Assembly (NCBI GenBank): GCA_003152105.1
Contig: PLZJ01000002.1
Span: forward strand, 236,257 to 300,256
Direction: 5' to 3'
Length of the DNA stretch: 64,000 nucleotides
From: Candidatus Levyibacteriota bacterium
GTDB taxonomy: Bacteria > Patescibacteriota > Microgenomatia > Levybacterales > UBA12049
Positions 8,945-19,530 of the stretch are shown here, piece after piece (the stretch's first letter is position 1; each line of letters starts with the position of its first letter). Under the pieces are notes generated by a model. The model saw nothing but the letters and a program-made list of their open reading frames with translations, was not told the origin of the DNA and ran no database searches. The translations under genes were made by a program, and so were the position numbers.

Positions 8945-9727
8945 TTAAGTCTCGACTATGTTTGTTGCATCTGAAAGTATAAAATCTCCTATTTTAACCC
9001 TTTTTATTTTATAAGCTAAACCATTTGAACGTAGGCTCTTACCTAATTCATTAGCAAGAGAACGAATATACGTACCGCTCGTACAAGAAACGCTGATATT
9101 AACTAAAGGAAAAGAAGTTGTTTTATGCTTATTCAAAAAGTTTTTCCATCCTACTAAAATTTCAGCTTGACGAAATGCACCTGATACGTTTTCTATATTG
9201 CATTTAGCATAGCTTAGAAGTTGTATGCCATTTATATAATAAAGTTTATTAATAGATATAGCATCTATGGTTATTTGTTTTGACGGAATAGTAATGCTGT
9301 TAATTTTATCTTCTCTTGCCCAATAAAATAGTGGTTTTCCTTGTACTCTTACCGAAGAGTATGGGGGATAACTTTGTTTATAAGTGCCTATAAATTTATT
9401 AATACTTTTTGATAGTTTTTTATCTAGATTTAGATTGGATATAGGTTTAAATTGTATGATTTTACCTAATAAATCAAAAGTATCTGTGCCTATGCCTAGT
9501 AAAATTATAGCTTCATATGTTTTTACCAAGTTTTCATAGTATAATTTTTTCTTATTCTCCTCGTCTAGAAGAAGTAATAATAGTCCTTCAGCCATGGGAT
9601 CTAGTCTTCCAGCATACCCTATTTTGCTAGATTTATATTTAGGAAATTTTTTTTGAAAAAGTTTAACAGCTTGAAGCGGAGTAAGTCCTTGTGGTTTAGA
9701 GATTGTGACTATATCTTTATGTATCAT
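8945..9727 (-). CDS. truB: tRNA pseudouridine(55) synthase TruB
   Basis: KPQGLTP, GYAGRLDPMAEGLL (catalytic Asp), PPYSS, CTSGTYIRSLA. Confidence 0.9.
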   Translation of the reverse strand: MIHKDIVTISKPQGLTPLQAVKLFQKKFPKYKSSKIGYAGRLDPMAEGLLLLLLDEENKKKLYYENLVKTYEAIILLGIGTDTFDLLGKIIQFKPISNLNLDKKLSKSINKFIGTYKQSYPPYSSVRVQGKPLFYWAREDKINSITIPSKQITIDAISINKLYYINGIQLLSYAKCNIENVSGAFRQAEILVGWKNFLNKHKTTSFPLVNISVSCTSGTYIRSLANELGKSLRSNGLAYKIKRVKIGDFILSDATNIVET

Positions 9728-9770
9728 ATTTTATTTGTCGACAAGAATGTAGGGATGATAAAGGATTTTA

Positions 9771-10526
9771 TTAAGATGAAATATTTAGAAAATTAAGAAT
9801 TTTTTCTATTTCCTCAAGTGAGTCAATAACTAAATTAGCGCCTGATTCTTCGAGTGTCTTTTTAGAGTAATTACCAGTTGGAATACCAATAGATTTAATA
9901 TTATTATCTCTTGCACATTTAATATCTGCAGGCGTATCTCCAATAATAACAAAGGCTTCGATCGGAATTGATGAAATCCCATACTTAACTTCAGCTCTCT
10001 CTTTTGCAATTGGTACAAGTTTTCTTCTTTCAAGTGCTAGGTTGCCAAATGAACCAAATTCAATAAAATCTTTCATACCAACTTGTGCTAGTCTTTCCCA
10101 AGCTACCGCTTCAGTATTGCCAGTTAGTACTCCAATAGGAATCTCGCGACGAGTTATTTCTTTAAACAAAGAAAGTGCTCCTGGAAGAGGCGTATAAGTG
10201 CCTTCATTGGCATGCGCAATAAAGTAATCTGCCATAATTGTTGCCAAAGATTCTAAGTTTTCAATAACGTCTTTTTCAGAAAGATTATGATTTGGACTAG
10301 TTAGTACCTCGTAAAATATTTGACTATCTGTTTTTCCGCTAGGATCTATTTCTCTTTTTTTGGCGTCAATATTAAATACTTTTTTAACCGCAACTGAAAA
10401 TCCTGTATCGTAAGCAGAATTTGTATCAGCTAAAAGTGTTCCATCAATATCAAAAAGTGGAATATGAACACCCTTTGCTAATAGTCTTTCAACAGAATTT
10501 GTTCTACTCAATTCGTTATTTTCCAT
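9771..10526 (-). CDS. HAD-superfamily phosphatase
   Basis: LFDIDGTL, VLTGN, IIGDTPADIKCA. Confidence 0.92.
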   Translation of the reverse strand: MENNELSRTNSVERLLAKGVHIPLFDIDGTLLADTNSAYDTGFSVAVKKVFNIDAKKREIDPSGKTDSQIFYEVLTSPNHNLSEKDVIENLESLATIMADYFIAHANEGTYTPLPGALSLFKEITRREIPIGVLTGNTEAVAWERLAQVGMKDFIEFGSFGNLALERRKLVPIAKERAEVKYGISSIPIEAFVIIGDTPADIKCARDNNIKSIGIPTGNYSKKTLEESGANLVIDSLEEIEKILNFLNISS

Positions 10527-11205
10527 TCTTTTTTTCTAAAATAAAATAATCTCTAGGTACATACAGTAATGGTTTATTAAATAATTTTATAATTGTTTCT
10601 TTAGATTCTTTTGAAACGTCAGAATAATAGTTGTCGCAATAAATATTAAATAGTGTTTCTATATAGTATCCTTCTGCTTGAGCCTTCACGTCGGCAGTTA
10701 ATAATGTAAAGTTCCAATCTTTTCGAGAAGTAAAATACCCATCATTGAATGTGTCATGTAGCGCTACGACTTTAGTAACATACATAATTAATTTTTGTGA
10801 GAAGCCAAGAGGAGCAAGTAATTCTGGAATTAGAGTTGAGCCGTAGTATTGGTGACCAGGACTGGTTGTTGTTCCATCAGGGTGAATTGTTGTTATAGGT
10901 AGAACGTGTCCACCTTCTTTATATGAAAGTGCTTTACCAATATCATGTAGTAGAGCAATAAGCACCATGATGTTTCCCCTTTTTATCCCATCAATATGTT
11001 TATTGGCAAAATGAAAGTATAGCTCTCTTGCCTTATGATTGGTTATGAATTTACCTTTAATTTCTTTCTGGGCTATTTTCATTGTCTTGATAGAGTGATC
11101 ATAAACGGTTTCATTTTCATGCCAGAGATTATTTTCATTAACTGACTTAAGTTTTTTAAATATTTTATTTTTAATTAATGTTGCAATGATATATTCGATG
11201 TCCAT
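10516..11205 (-). CDS. HD-domain phosphohydrolase
   Basis: WHENETVYDHS, ALLHDIGK, PGHQYYG, VALHD. ATG at 11205 preferred over TTG at 11217. Confidence 0.85.
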   Translation of the reverse strand: MDIEYIIATLIKNKIFKKLKSVNENNLWHENETVYDHSIKTMKIAQKEIKGKFITNHKARELYFHFANKHIDGIKRGNIMVLIALLHDIGKALSYKEGGHVLPITTIHPDGTTTSPGHQYYGSTLIPELLAPLGFSQKLIMYVTKVVALHDTFNDGYFTSRKDWNFTLLTADVKAQAEGYYIETLFNIYCDNYYSDVSKESKETIIKLFNKPLLYVPRDYFILEKKNGK

Positions 11206-11317
11206 AATATTTTCCAATTATAATGCATTGACTTTTAAGAGAAAAGTAGTATTATTCCTAATACCTAGACCTTCATATATTTCAACAGCAGTAATAGAAT
11301 AAAGTTTGGAATTTATA

Positions 11318-11851
11318 ATGAGCTTTTTTATTATCAACCTATTCATATTAGTTATAATACTCGTTTTATTATTATTACTTTCATGGGTTTGGCCACCTGA
11401 TTCTCCATGGTCTCCTTGGTGGAAGACAACTGCCGCGGTAGCTCATGTGGTCGTACGATTAGCAAAATTAACAAATAAAGATATAATATTTGAATTAGGT
11501 TGTGGGGATGCGGAGCATTTAATTGTTTTTGCAAAGAAATATAAAATTAGATGTGTCGGAGTAGAAATTGATCCATTGCGTTATTTGATTGCTAAGTGGA
11601 ATGTAAGAAGAAATAGACTTGATAAAAAAATTACCATACGAAAAGGTAATCTATATGATTGTGATATTTCTACAGCTACAGTGATATATGTTTATTTACT
11701 CCCAAGAGTTTTAAAGAAATTACTTCCAATATTTAAAAAACAATTAAAACCTGGAACTAAGATAATTAGTTACCGATACAAAATTGAAGGGTTAAAACAA
11801 ATCGGATTTGATGAGAAAAATATTATATATGTATATAAAGTTTCACGATAA
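11318..11851 (+). CDS. Membrane-anchored class I SAM-dependent methyltransferase (FAM173/aKMT-like)
   Basis: N-terminal TM; SPWWKT, FELGCGDA, GVEIDP, VIYVYLLP, LKPGTKIISY. Confidence 0.85.
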   Translation: MSFFIINLFILVIILVLLLLLSWVWPPDSPWSPWWKTTAAVAHVVVRLAKLTNKDIIFELGCGDAEHLIVFAKKYKIRCVGVEIDPLRYLIAKWNVRRNRLDKKITIRKGNLYDCDISTATVIYVYLLPRVLKKLLPIFKKQLKPGTKIISYRYKIEGLKQIGFDEKNIIYVYKVSR

Positions 11852-11988
11852 TAATATTTATTGTTCTTAAATAGCCTTGAGATATTTAAATACCCATTAA
11901 TTACTAAAAAGCCTCTCTTAATAAGGTAAATTAAGTTGCAGTTTTAACTAGTTTATGCAATTATCTTTGTGAAAACATAGTAATATAT

Positions 11989-13038
11989 TTATTTTATTTT
12001 AAGCAAAAGCCAACGTAGTCTGTTCGAAATTTTGTACAAATTATACAAACTATTATTCATTATTAAATCGTAACTTCCGATAAATTCAATTAGTTCTGGG
12101 CTATAACCAAGTTTTAATCTATGGAATCCATACCAAGAATCTTTGGTGTCAGGATTGGTTCCTAAAGAGCCCCACATATCGAATTTTTTTAGTCCATGTT
12201 TTTTACCAAATTCAATTACTTCCCACATCATTAAATTTGATGCCATTAAATTCCTAAATTGAGTACTTGATGCTCCGTAAGGATAATAAAGTGTGTCTTT
12301 AAATTCAAATAAAATCCAAGCTACTAAATCATAAGTGGTTTTATTTTCAATATTTTCATGACTCGCAATTAGCAAATGTGCTTTTAGATCATTTGAATTA
12401 CTGTGCAACGTATCCCACATTAGTCTATGATATCGTTTCGTATGAGCATAAAATTTTTGACGCGATGTAGTTTCTTTCATCAATCTCCAATAGACATCAA
12501 AATTATCACTTTCAGTAATTTTGACTCCATGTTTTTTTGCAACTTTAATATTGTAGCGTGTTTTTGAATGCATATTATTTCGTAGCTCTTCTTCCGTTTT
12601 AGTTAAATCAAGCATGAATGTAAATTTTGTAAAAAGAGGATGAGCTGAATCAACAATGTTAGGATGAGATGTTATATTTTTATTTTTATTTTCTTTAACC
12701 AACTCATTTGATTTACTGTCAAATATTTTTTCAATTACATTTGGTTCAAGTTGTATAAAAATACATTTTTCTATTTTGCCGATTCTATTTAATTCTTCGA
12801 GCATTTCTTCTTCGGGGTAGTTGCATTTTGGCACATAACCAATTGTAAATGGAGTATAAGGAATAGGATGAATAGTTATGCTAAATCCATCAATGAGCTT
12901 GTTGTCTTGAAAGATGCCTTTTCTAATAACCTTTATTCCGGTTTTTTTTCTGAATTCTCCCCATTCAAATGATTGTAGTGGATGAGAAATAACTTTGTTA
13001 TAGTCTTCTTTTTCGTCTAATTCTATATCGCGTATCAT
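11989..13038 (-). CDS. FemAB/FemX family lipid II aminoacyl (peptidoglycan bridge) transferase
   Basis: HPLQSFEWGEF, KTRYNIKVAKKHGV, YYPYGAS, NLMMWE, FDMWG, GFHRLKLGY. Confidence 0.92.
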   Translation of the reverse strand: MIRDIELDEKEDYNKVISHPLQSFEWGEFRKKTGIKVIRKGIFQDNKLIDGFSITIHPIPYTPFTIGYVPKCNYPEEEMLEELNRIGKIEKCIFIQLEPNVIEKIFDSKSNELVKENKNKNITSHPNIVDSAHPLFTKFTFMLDLTKTEEELRNNMHSKTRYNIKVAKKHGVKITESDNFDVYWRLMKETTSRQKFYAHTKRYHRLMWDTLHSNSNDLKAHLLIASHENIENKTTYDLVAWILFEFKDTLYYPYGASSTQFRNLMASNLMMWEVIEFGKKHGLKKFDMWGSLGTNPDTKDSWYGFHRLKLGYSPELIEFIGSYDLIMNNSLYNLYKISNRLRWLLLKIK

Positions 13039-14885
13039 AGATATTCGGGGACATCATTGTCCTGATCTATATGTGAATAAAGGCTTCGCTTAACTATATG
13101 TTCAGGTAATTCAAATAAAAAGCGTGAAACAGTATTTGCACTTCTTTGACCGAAAAATAATCGTTTTCGAGCATATGATAAAAAAAGCTTTTTTTCAGCT
13201 CTCGTAATTCCTACATAACATAATCTACGTTCTTCCTCTAATTCGTTTTTATCCATAAGAGACCTGCTGTGTGGAAATAGTCCCTCTTCCATTCCTACCA
13301 TAAAAACAATAGGAAATTCAAGGCCTTTTGCTGCATGAAGAGTCATGAGTGTAATTGCATTCTTTTTATCATCATTTCCTGGATGATCTGGCATGTATTC
13401 TTGTTCCACCAGGGCTACATTTTCAAGAAAATTGATTAGATCAGGAAAATTCAATGCAACCGAACGAAGTTCTCTTATATTCTCTAGTCTTCCTCTGTCT
13501 TCCTCATCTTTATCATCATATATTTCTAAATATTGTGTCCCTTTAAGAATTGCATCAAGTAGCTCTAATGTGTTTATTTCTTCACCTTGTTGTTTATTTT
13601 TAAGTTCCAATGATATATCGGCAAATTTCTGCATTCGACCTTTCCCAAGTTTTTCAATTCGTTTATGTGAAACTAAATCATTATTATTAATGTAAAGTCT
13701 AAGATATGATATTACATCTTTAATTTCTTTTCTTTCGTAAAATCTAGTCCCTCCAACTAAACGATAAGGAATACTTTTATGTAAAAAGGCCTCTTCAAGA
13801 GTTCTAGATTGTGCATTGGTTCTATAAAGTACAGCAATGTCGTTTAAGTTCTTGATATTATGAGCGTGTATCTGGCGAATTATAAAATCAGCCTCATCTT
13901 GCTCATTAGTAGATTCATATATTACGATCTCATCTCCTGTAGCATTTTTAGTCCATAAAGAAAGAATAGGATGAGTTTTATTTTTTTGTATAATTGCTGT
14001 AGCTGCGTCTAAAATATTCTGCGTGGAACGATAGTTTTGAGAAAGAGGAAATGTTTTAGCGTTTGGAAAATCTGTTTTAAACTTTAATAGATTTTGAAAA
14101 TCTGCTCCTCTCCAAGAATATATGCTTTGCGAAAAATCTCCAACAATAGAGATATTTTTCCATTTTCCGCTTAGCAGTTTGGTTAACTGATATTGTGCGT
14201 GATTTGTATCTTGATATTCATCAACAAGAATATATTGAAATCTATATTGATATTTAGTTAATATTTCAGGATTCTCTTTAAGAAGTTGCACTGTTTTTAA
14301 TATTAAATCATCGAAATCTACCGCATCATTTGTCTGGAGTAATTTTTGATAAACTCTGTATATTTGAGCAACCGTTTCTTGAAAACGACCCTTAGAAAAT
14401 GATTGATACGATTTTTCATCGATAAGTTGATTTTTTGCTCCAGAAATAGTTGCTAAAACCGATTGAGGCTTAAAATCTTTTGTAGATATTCCAAGAGTAT
14501 TCATTGCCTCTTTAATTACTTCTATTTGATCTTGTTTATCGTATATCACGTAAGAAGATGAAAGTCCTATGTATTTACCATCGATTCGAAGTAATCTTGA
14601 ACAGAATGAATGGAAAGTTGCTATTAAAGGTACTCCAGTATGAAGATTTGACTGCTTTATAAACGTTTCAATTCTGGTCTTCATTTCAGAAGCAGCTTTA
14701 TTTGTGAATGTTACAACCAATACATTTGAAGGATCAATACCTTTTTTTAGTAAATAGACAACTTTATAGGTAATGCATTTTGTTTTCCCACTTCCTGCAC
14801 CTGCCAAAATTATAATTGGCCCTTCTGTTTCTAAAACCGCTTTTTGTTGTTCAATATTTAAATCCTTGAGAAAGTTCTTTTCCAT
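13035..14885 (-). CDS. pcrA: ATP-dependent DNA helicase UvrD/PcrA
   Basis: AGAGSGKT, TFTNKAA, VDEYQDTN, QSIYSWRGA, QNYRS, TLHAAKGLEF, EEERRLCYVGITRA. Confidence 0.97.
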   Translation of the reverse strand: MEKNFLKDLNIEQQKAVLETEGPIIILAGAGSGKTKCITYKVVYLLKKGIDPSNVLVVTFTNKAASEMKTRIETFIKQSNLHTGVPLIATFHSFCSRLLRIDGKYIGLSSSYVIYDKQDQIEVIKEAMNTLGISTKDFKPQSVLATISGAKNQLIDEKSYQSFSKGRFQETVAQIYRVYQKLLQTNDAVDFDDLILKTVQLLKENPEILTKYQYRFQYILVDEYQDTNHAQYQLTKLLSGKWKNISIVGDFSQSIYSWRGADFQNLLKFKTDFPNAKTFPLSQNYRSTQNILDAATAIIQKNKTHPILSLWTKNATGDEIVIYESTNEQDEADFIIRQIHAHNIKNLNDIAVLYRTNAQSRTLEEAFLHKSIPYRLVGGTRFYERKEIKDVISYLRLYINNNDLVSHKRIEKLGKGRMQKFADISLELKNKQQGEEINTLELLDAILKGTQYLEIYDDKDEEDRGRLENIRELRSVALNFPDLINFLENVALVEQEYMPDHPGNDDKKNAITLMTLHAAKGLEFPIVFMVGMEEGLFPHSRSLMDKNELEEERRLCYVGITRAEKKLFLSYARKRLFFGQRSANTVSRFLFELPEHIVKRSLYSHIDQDNDVPEYL

Positions 14886-14969
14886 AACGTATAATAAGCT
14901 ATCGGGTCATCAAAAGTGGTAATTTTTATATAACTTTGTAATGACAATGGGATAATGTAATTTTATCAT

Positions 14970-15626
14970 ATGAAGCAGCTTTATATTATTGGCAATTGGA
15001 AATCAAATAAAAATACGGTAGAAGCTAAGCAATGGTTGTATGAATTCGCAACATTAAAAAACAACAAACAAAATATAATTTCAATAGTTTGTCCTCCTTT
15101 GCAGCTGCTCTCATACGTGCACGCATATATTGAAGCAAACGATTTGCCTTTAAAAATTGGCGCACAGAATATATCTCCTTATGGAGATGGGGCATTCACT
15201 GGAGAAGTAAATGCAAGACAAATTAAAGAATTTGCTTCATATGTTATTATTGGGCATTCTGAAAGACGTCAGCATTTTTCCGAATCTGATCAAATGCTTG
15301 ATTTAAAAGTTAAACAAGCACTACAAGTAGGATTAGAAGTAATTTTTTGTGTGCAGAATGAAAGTACTCCTATACCAGAAAATGTTCAACTCGTAGCATT
15401 TGAACCAGTTTCCGCAATTGGAAGTGGTAATCCGGACTCACCTAAAGATGTTGAAGCGATTGCATCTAAGATCTTAAATAGAAATAAAGGCATAGTGATA
15501 TATGGGGGTAGTGTTACAGCGGAAAATGTTCATTCGTTCACTAGTTTAGAAAATATACACGGAGTGCTTGCTGGAGGAGAGAGCTTAGATCCAGATACAT
15601 TCTCAGAATTAATTACTTATGCGTAG
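14970..15626 (+). CDS. tpiA: Triosephosphate isomerase
   Basis: GNWK, GAFTGEV, IIGHSERR, AFEPVSAIGSG, YGGSV. Confidence 0.95.
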   Translation: MKQLYIIGNWKSNKNTVEAKQWLYEFATLKNNKQNIISIVCPPLQLLSYVHAYIEANDLPLKIGAQNISPYGDGAFTGEVNARQIKEFASYVIIGHSERRQHFSESDQMLDLKVKQALQVGLEVIFCVQNESTPIPENVQLVAFEPVSAIGSGNPDSPKDVEAIASKILNRNKGIVIYGGSVTAENVHSFTSLENIHGVLAGGESLDPDTFSELITYA

Positions 15627-16761
15627 ACGAAGTCTTCCTAAGCGCACTAACTCTCGTAGATTTGGTTCGATTAAGAAATTCATTTATATACTAATTTTTA
15701 TCGTACTTTTATTAGTAGGTATCAAGGTATTAGTTATAGCAAAATCATATGGGCCATTTATTTTTCAACTAATTTTTAATCATGATATATCACTATCTTC
15801 AAATAACGGACAAGTTAATATACTGCTTTTAGGTATTGGTGGTGCATCACATGATGGGCCTAATTTAACTGATACTATAATTCTTGCAAGCGTGGATCAA
15901 TCAAAGAATAGTTTAACCCTCCTTTCTATCCCAAGAGATTTATGGATTCCCGAAATGAAGGGTAAAATTAACACGGCATACGCAATTGGTCAAAATAAGC
16001 AATTAGGGGATGGTTTAATATTAGCTAAAGCAGCGGTGGAACGGGTAACTGGTCAACAAATTAACTATGGAGTAAGATTGGATTTTGGTGGTTTTGTTAA
16101 GGCAGTTAATTTACTGGGTGGATTAAATATAGATGTGGTAAGGACATTTGATGATTATCAATATCCAATTGAAGGAAAAGAAGACGATACATGCGGAGAA
16201 TCTCAACAGCAAATACAAGATATCGCAACTGCATCTTCTGAATTGGAAGCATTTCCATGTCGCTATAAACATATTCACTTTACGAGTGGATTGCAGCATA
16301 TGGATGGAGAAACAGCTCTGGAATACGTAAGATCGAGGCATGCAATTGGGATCGAAGGGTCTGATTTTGCAAGATCAGCACGAGAAGAAAAAGTAATAGC
16401 TACATTAAAAAATAAAATATTATCCGCAGAAACTTTACTAAACCCATCAAAGATTATTGCTTTATATGAGGTTCTTAAGGATAGCGTGGATACTGATATT
16501 CCAGAAGATAAATTTGATGATTTTATTCGATTAGGCCAGAAACTTCGTGGTGCAAAAATTCATACGTATGTTATTGATGAAGGTGATACCACGCAGAATC
16601 GACCGGGTCTTTTAATAAATCCCACATCAAATTTGCAGGACTATGGATTTCAATGGACTTTAATACCAAGAGTTGGAAACGGAAATTATTCAGAGATTCA
16701 AAAATATACAAACTGCATTCTTATTAGTGTAAATTGTACTGTTGCAAAGACGTCGATGTAG
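15619..16761 (+). CDS. LytR-CpsA-Psr (LCP) family phosphotransferase
   Basis: N-terminal TM; NILLLG, TDTIIL, SIPRDLW, KINTAY, ALEYVRSRH, SDFARSAR. Confidence 0.95.
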   Translation: MRRRSLPKRTNSRRFGSIKKFIYILIFIVLLLVGIKVLVIAKSYGPFIFQLIFNHDISLSSNNGQVNILLLGIGGASHDGPNLTDTIILASVDQSKNSLTLLSIPRDLWIPEMKGKINTAYAIGQNKQLGDGLILAKAAVERVTGQQINYGVRLDFGGFVKAVNLLGGLNIDVVRTFDDYQYPIEGKEDDTCGESQQQIQDIATASSELEAFPCRYKHIHFTSGLQHMDGETALEYVRSRHAIGIEGSDFARSAREEKVIATLKNKILSAETLLNPSKIIALYEVLKDSVDTDIPEDKFDDFIRLGQKLRGAKIHTYVIDEGDTTQNRPGLLINPTSNLQDYGFQWTLIPRVGNGNYSEIQKYTNCILISVNCTVAKTSM

Positions 16762-16766
16762 ATACC

Positions 16767-18980
16767 TCACAATAATTTGTATATAGTTGTTTGTCCTGAA
16801 CGGAAAACAGGTTTTCCCAGAACAGAAAACTTTCCATCTTGTAGATTGGGATATTTTTCCCTCTCTAAATCTCCGACAAATACATATTTTACATGATATT
16901 TCTCAAGCAATGCTCTGGCTTGTGAGAGACTTGATGTTTCATACATTGTCTTCACTTCAGTTATTCGTGGAGCTGGGATGTCATATGTTCCTCTCCAAAG
17001 CCATTCATGCACTGTCCAGCCAAGTATAGTTGGTAGTCCAGTATTCGAGGATATTCTGGCGTAATCAGTATATGAATCTCCTTGTGCCTCAAGAATTACA
17101 GGGTTGCCTGATATATGCGCGTTAATCCAATTTATTGCCTGATAATCAGTAGGATATAAATTTTTAAGATATGTTGTTCCATTGAGTCCCACATACTGTT
17201 TTGGTATAGGATAGTATGAAGTAATAGCAAAATATGGATATATAGCAACAAGAGATAATCCTATTAAAGCAAAAAAAGCCCATACAAGCAAAAATCCAAT
17301 ATGTAATTTTTTAATACGGTTTGCCTTAATGTAAGTGACTATCCTTATTAAGATATAAGCGCTTGAAATGGAAAGCATCATAAATGCCTGATAAACAAAC
17401 TTAAACATTGTGTTTGCTCTATAATAGGTTGGATAAATATCTTTTACGTAAAAAAATTCAGGAATTATGATAAGTATTGTTGAAAGGAGAATTAAAGCAA
17501 TAACAAAATAATCAATATCAATAATTTTCTTGGTCTTTTTTAAAAATACAATAAAAGAAAGTACCCAAAAATAGAAAAATCCATAAAGAATAAAAAGTTG
17601 CCAAAGAGGAGATCTTTCACAATGATTTGCCTCAAACAAAAATGGGCCAATTTTACCTTTTTGAATTAAAAAGTTTGGCGCACAAATCACCCCTATACCA
17701 GATACAAATGGTTTGAAAAATAAAGAAAATGGTAATGCAAATACAATCCCACCACATATCAGTATAATGATTATAAGAATTAGAATATACATTTGATCTA
17801 TACCTTTTTTTATATCTTTTAGATTCCTAGAAAAAATTAAACTTAAAATAATAAGTGTTAATAAGAAATAAATAAAAGCATCCCATGCATTTGTCATATA
17901 CATTATTGCAAAGAGAAAACATAATGTAGTTAATTCAAATGCCCAATTGCTAAAGATAAGTTTAATTGTTGCGAATGATTCCTCTTTATTAACAGAAGGT
18001 AATTTTTTGAAAAATAATGAAAGTAAAATTGCTACTGTGAGTAATACAAAGGGTATATCTAATACGTGGCCATGTAGATCTGATACTACAAAAGAATAAA
18101 TTGGGAATTCGTGAATGGTGTGATAGATAAAACGAGTTGCATTTGGATACCAATAGGCATTTGGAAATGTAAATGGTGAAAATTTCAATTGCCAAAAAGG
18201 TACAGGATAATCATTTTGATATGGCTTAAAAAAAGTATATATAGTATGTAGGTTTCCACCAAGGGTAACTAAAAAGCTCGTAATAATTCCTCCGGCTATT
18301 AATCGTATCCAACCTAGTTTTTTCCCAATATGTGAGTAAAGGGTAATACCAATAGAGAAAGAACCCATAAAGGTAAATGAAAATAAAGTTGCCAACATTA
18401 AATTAAATGTTATCGTAGAGCTTATGCCCGATAATTTTGTTAACACGGCAGTAATAAAATGACCAAAATAATAATAATTTATAGAATAAGGGGTAAACCA
18501 TATATCTGTTGGAGGGAAATAAGTACTTCGCAATATTGAATTTAGAAATCCAAAATCCATGTATTTCTCTAAACCATGTATGTCGGGTTGGTAACCACGA
18601 ACATAGCTCCAGGCTATTAGACCAATTAAAAATAAACATTCTTCTATGACAAAAATCTTCCAATTTGAAAAGACGCTTTTTAGATGCATTTTTTTTGGAG
18701 GAACTGAAAATGAACCGCTTTTTACCGATATGTATAGAAAAATAAATATAAAAATACATAGCATGCTTACAATCTCGATTTGAGAAAATGTCGCTAGGTG
18801 CAAGGTACCAAGTATAAATATGACATAGGAAACGATAGCACTTCCAATAATTTTTGAGAAAATATAACCTTTATCTATGAATGAAGGAAGAAGTCGTTTT
18901 GAAAATGGCAGAAAAATAATCCCTATTATAAAAAGTAAAATCCACCAATGTAGGATATTGATAAGATCGAAATACCACAT
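16767..18980 (-). CDS. DUF2298 (YYY-motif) polytopic membrane protein, predicted GT-C glycosyltransferase
   Basis: EKYMDFGFLNS, INYYYFGH, TIHEFPIYSF, DLHGH, RANTMFKF, GWTVHEWLWR; many TM helices. Confidence 0.88.
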   Translation of the reverse strand: MWYFDLINILHWWILLFIIGIIFLPFSKRLLPSFIDKGYIFSKIIGSAIVSYVIFILGTLHLATFSQIEIVSMLCIFIFIFLYISVKSGSFSVPPKKMHLKSVFSNWKIFVIEECLFLIGLIAWSYVRGYQPDIHGLEKYMDFGFLNSILRSTYFPPTDIWFTPYSINYYYFGHFITAVLTKLSGISSTITFNLMLATLFSFTFMGSFSIGITLYSHIGKKLGWIRLIAGGIITSFLVTLGGNLHTIYTFFKPYQNDYPVPFWQLKFSPFTFPNAYWYPNATRFIYHTIHEFPIYSFVVSDLHGHVLDIPFVLLTVAILLSLFFKKLPSVNKEESFATIKLIFSNWAFELTTLCFLFAIMYMTNAWDAFIYFLLTLIILSLIFSRNLKDIKKGIDQMYILILIIIILICGGIVFALPFSLFFKPFVSGIGVICAPNFLIQKGKIGPFLFEANHCERSPLWQLFILYGFFYFWVLSFIVFLKKTKKIIDIDYFVIALILLSTILIIIPEFFYVKDIYPTYYRANTMFKFVYQAFMMLSISSAYILIRIVTYIKANRIKKLHIGFLLVWAFFALIGLSLVAIYPYFAITSYYPIPKQYVGLNGTTYLKNLYPTDYQAINWINAHISGNPVILEAQGDSYTDYARISSNTGLPTILGWTVHEWLWRGTYDIPAPRITEVKTMYETSSLSQARALLEKYHVKYVFVGDLEREKYPNLQDGKFSVLGKPVFRSGQTTIYKLL

Positions 18981-18983
18981 ACG

Positions 18984-19526
18984 TTAATTTTGAAATACAC
19001 CTTGGAGAGATGTTATTGCAAAAAGATTGGTTGAAAGTTTTTTTTGCACCTGAGGATTTAACCAATAAAATTTAACAGATTTGTTATTCGTTGCTAAATA
19101 TTTAAGTAAGGCAAGATCGTCATCAATATAGATGTTTATTTTTAAAGTCTTAATCTTGTCGTCCTTAAACTCATGCGCCTGAAGATTATTATAGTTAAAA
19201 TATAAGCCATCAAAAATAGCATCAAGTTTGTATTTTTTAACAACATTTTCAGTGCGTTTTCTTAGGAAAGAATATCTACTGGAAATTAAGTAGTATTTAT
19301 TATTTTTATTACTGACTAGTTTTTCTAAAAATGCAATGTTATTTTTAATTGGCCTTCTCAAAATAGGTAAATGAGAAAGATTTCGAAATATTTGTTCAGG
19401 TTGATTCGGAATTCTATAAGTTAGTTTTTCCGCAGACTCATTTTTATAAAATCGATCTATAAGACGAGGAGAAATAAAGGGAGGGTAGTTTATAAAAACC
19501 TTATCTAAGTCAAATCCGATATTCAT
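18984..19526 (-). CDS. HAD-like phosphatase
   Basis: IGFDLDKV (motif I), LISSR (motif II), K (motif III), IYIDDD (motif IV). Confidence 0.75.
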   Translation of the reverse strand: MNIGFDLDKVFINYPPFISPRLIDRFYKNESAEKLTYRIPNQPEQIFRNLSHLPILRRPIKNNIAFLEKLVSNKNNKYYLISSRYSFLRKRTENVVKKYKLDAIFDGLYFNYNNLQAHEFKDDKIKTLKINIYIDDDLALLKYLATNNKSVKFYWLNPQVQKKLSTNLFAITSLQGVFQN

Positions 19527-19530
19527 AACA

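Noticed and set aside
1-12000. AT-richer accessory region as a genomic island or prophage
   Set aside because: No integrase, transposase, phage gene, tRNA or flanking att repeat was seen; the composition difference is only an impression and was not computed.
14970-15626. Short TpiA with AFEPVSAIG in place of AYEPVWAIG, considered as a pseudo-enzyme
   Set aside because: The catalytic Lys, His and Glu are all present; likely an ordinary divergent enzyme.
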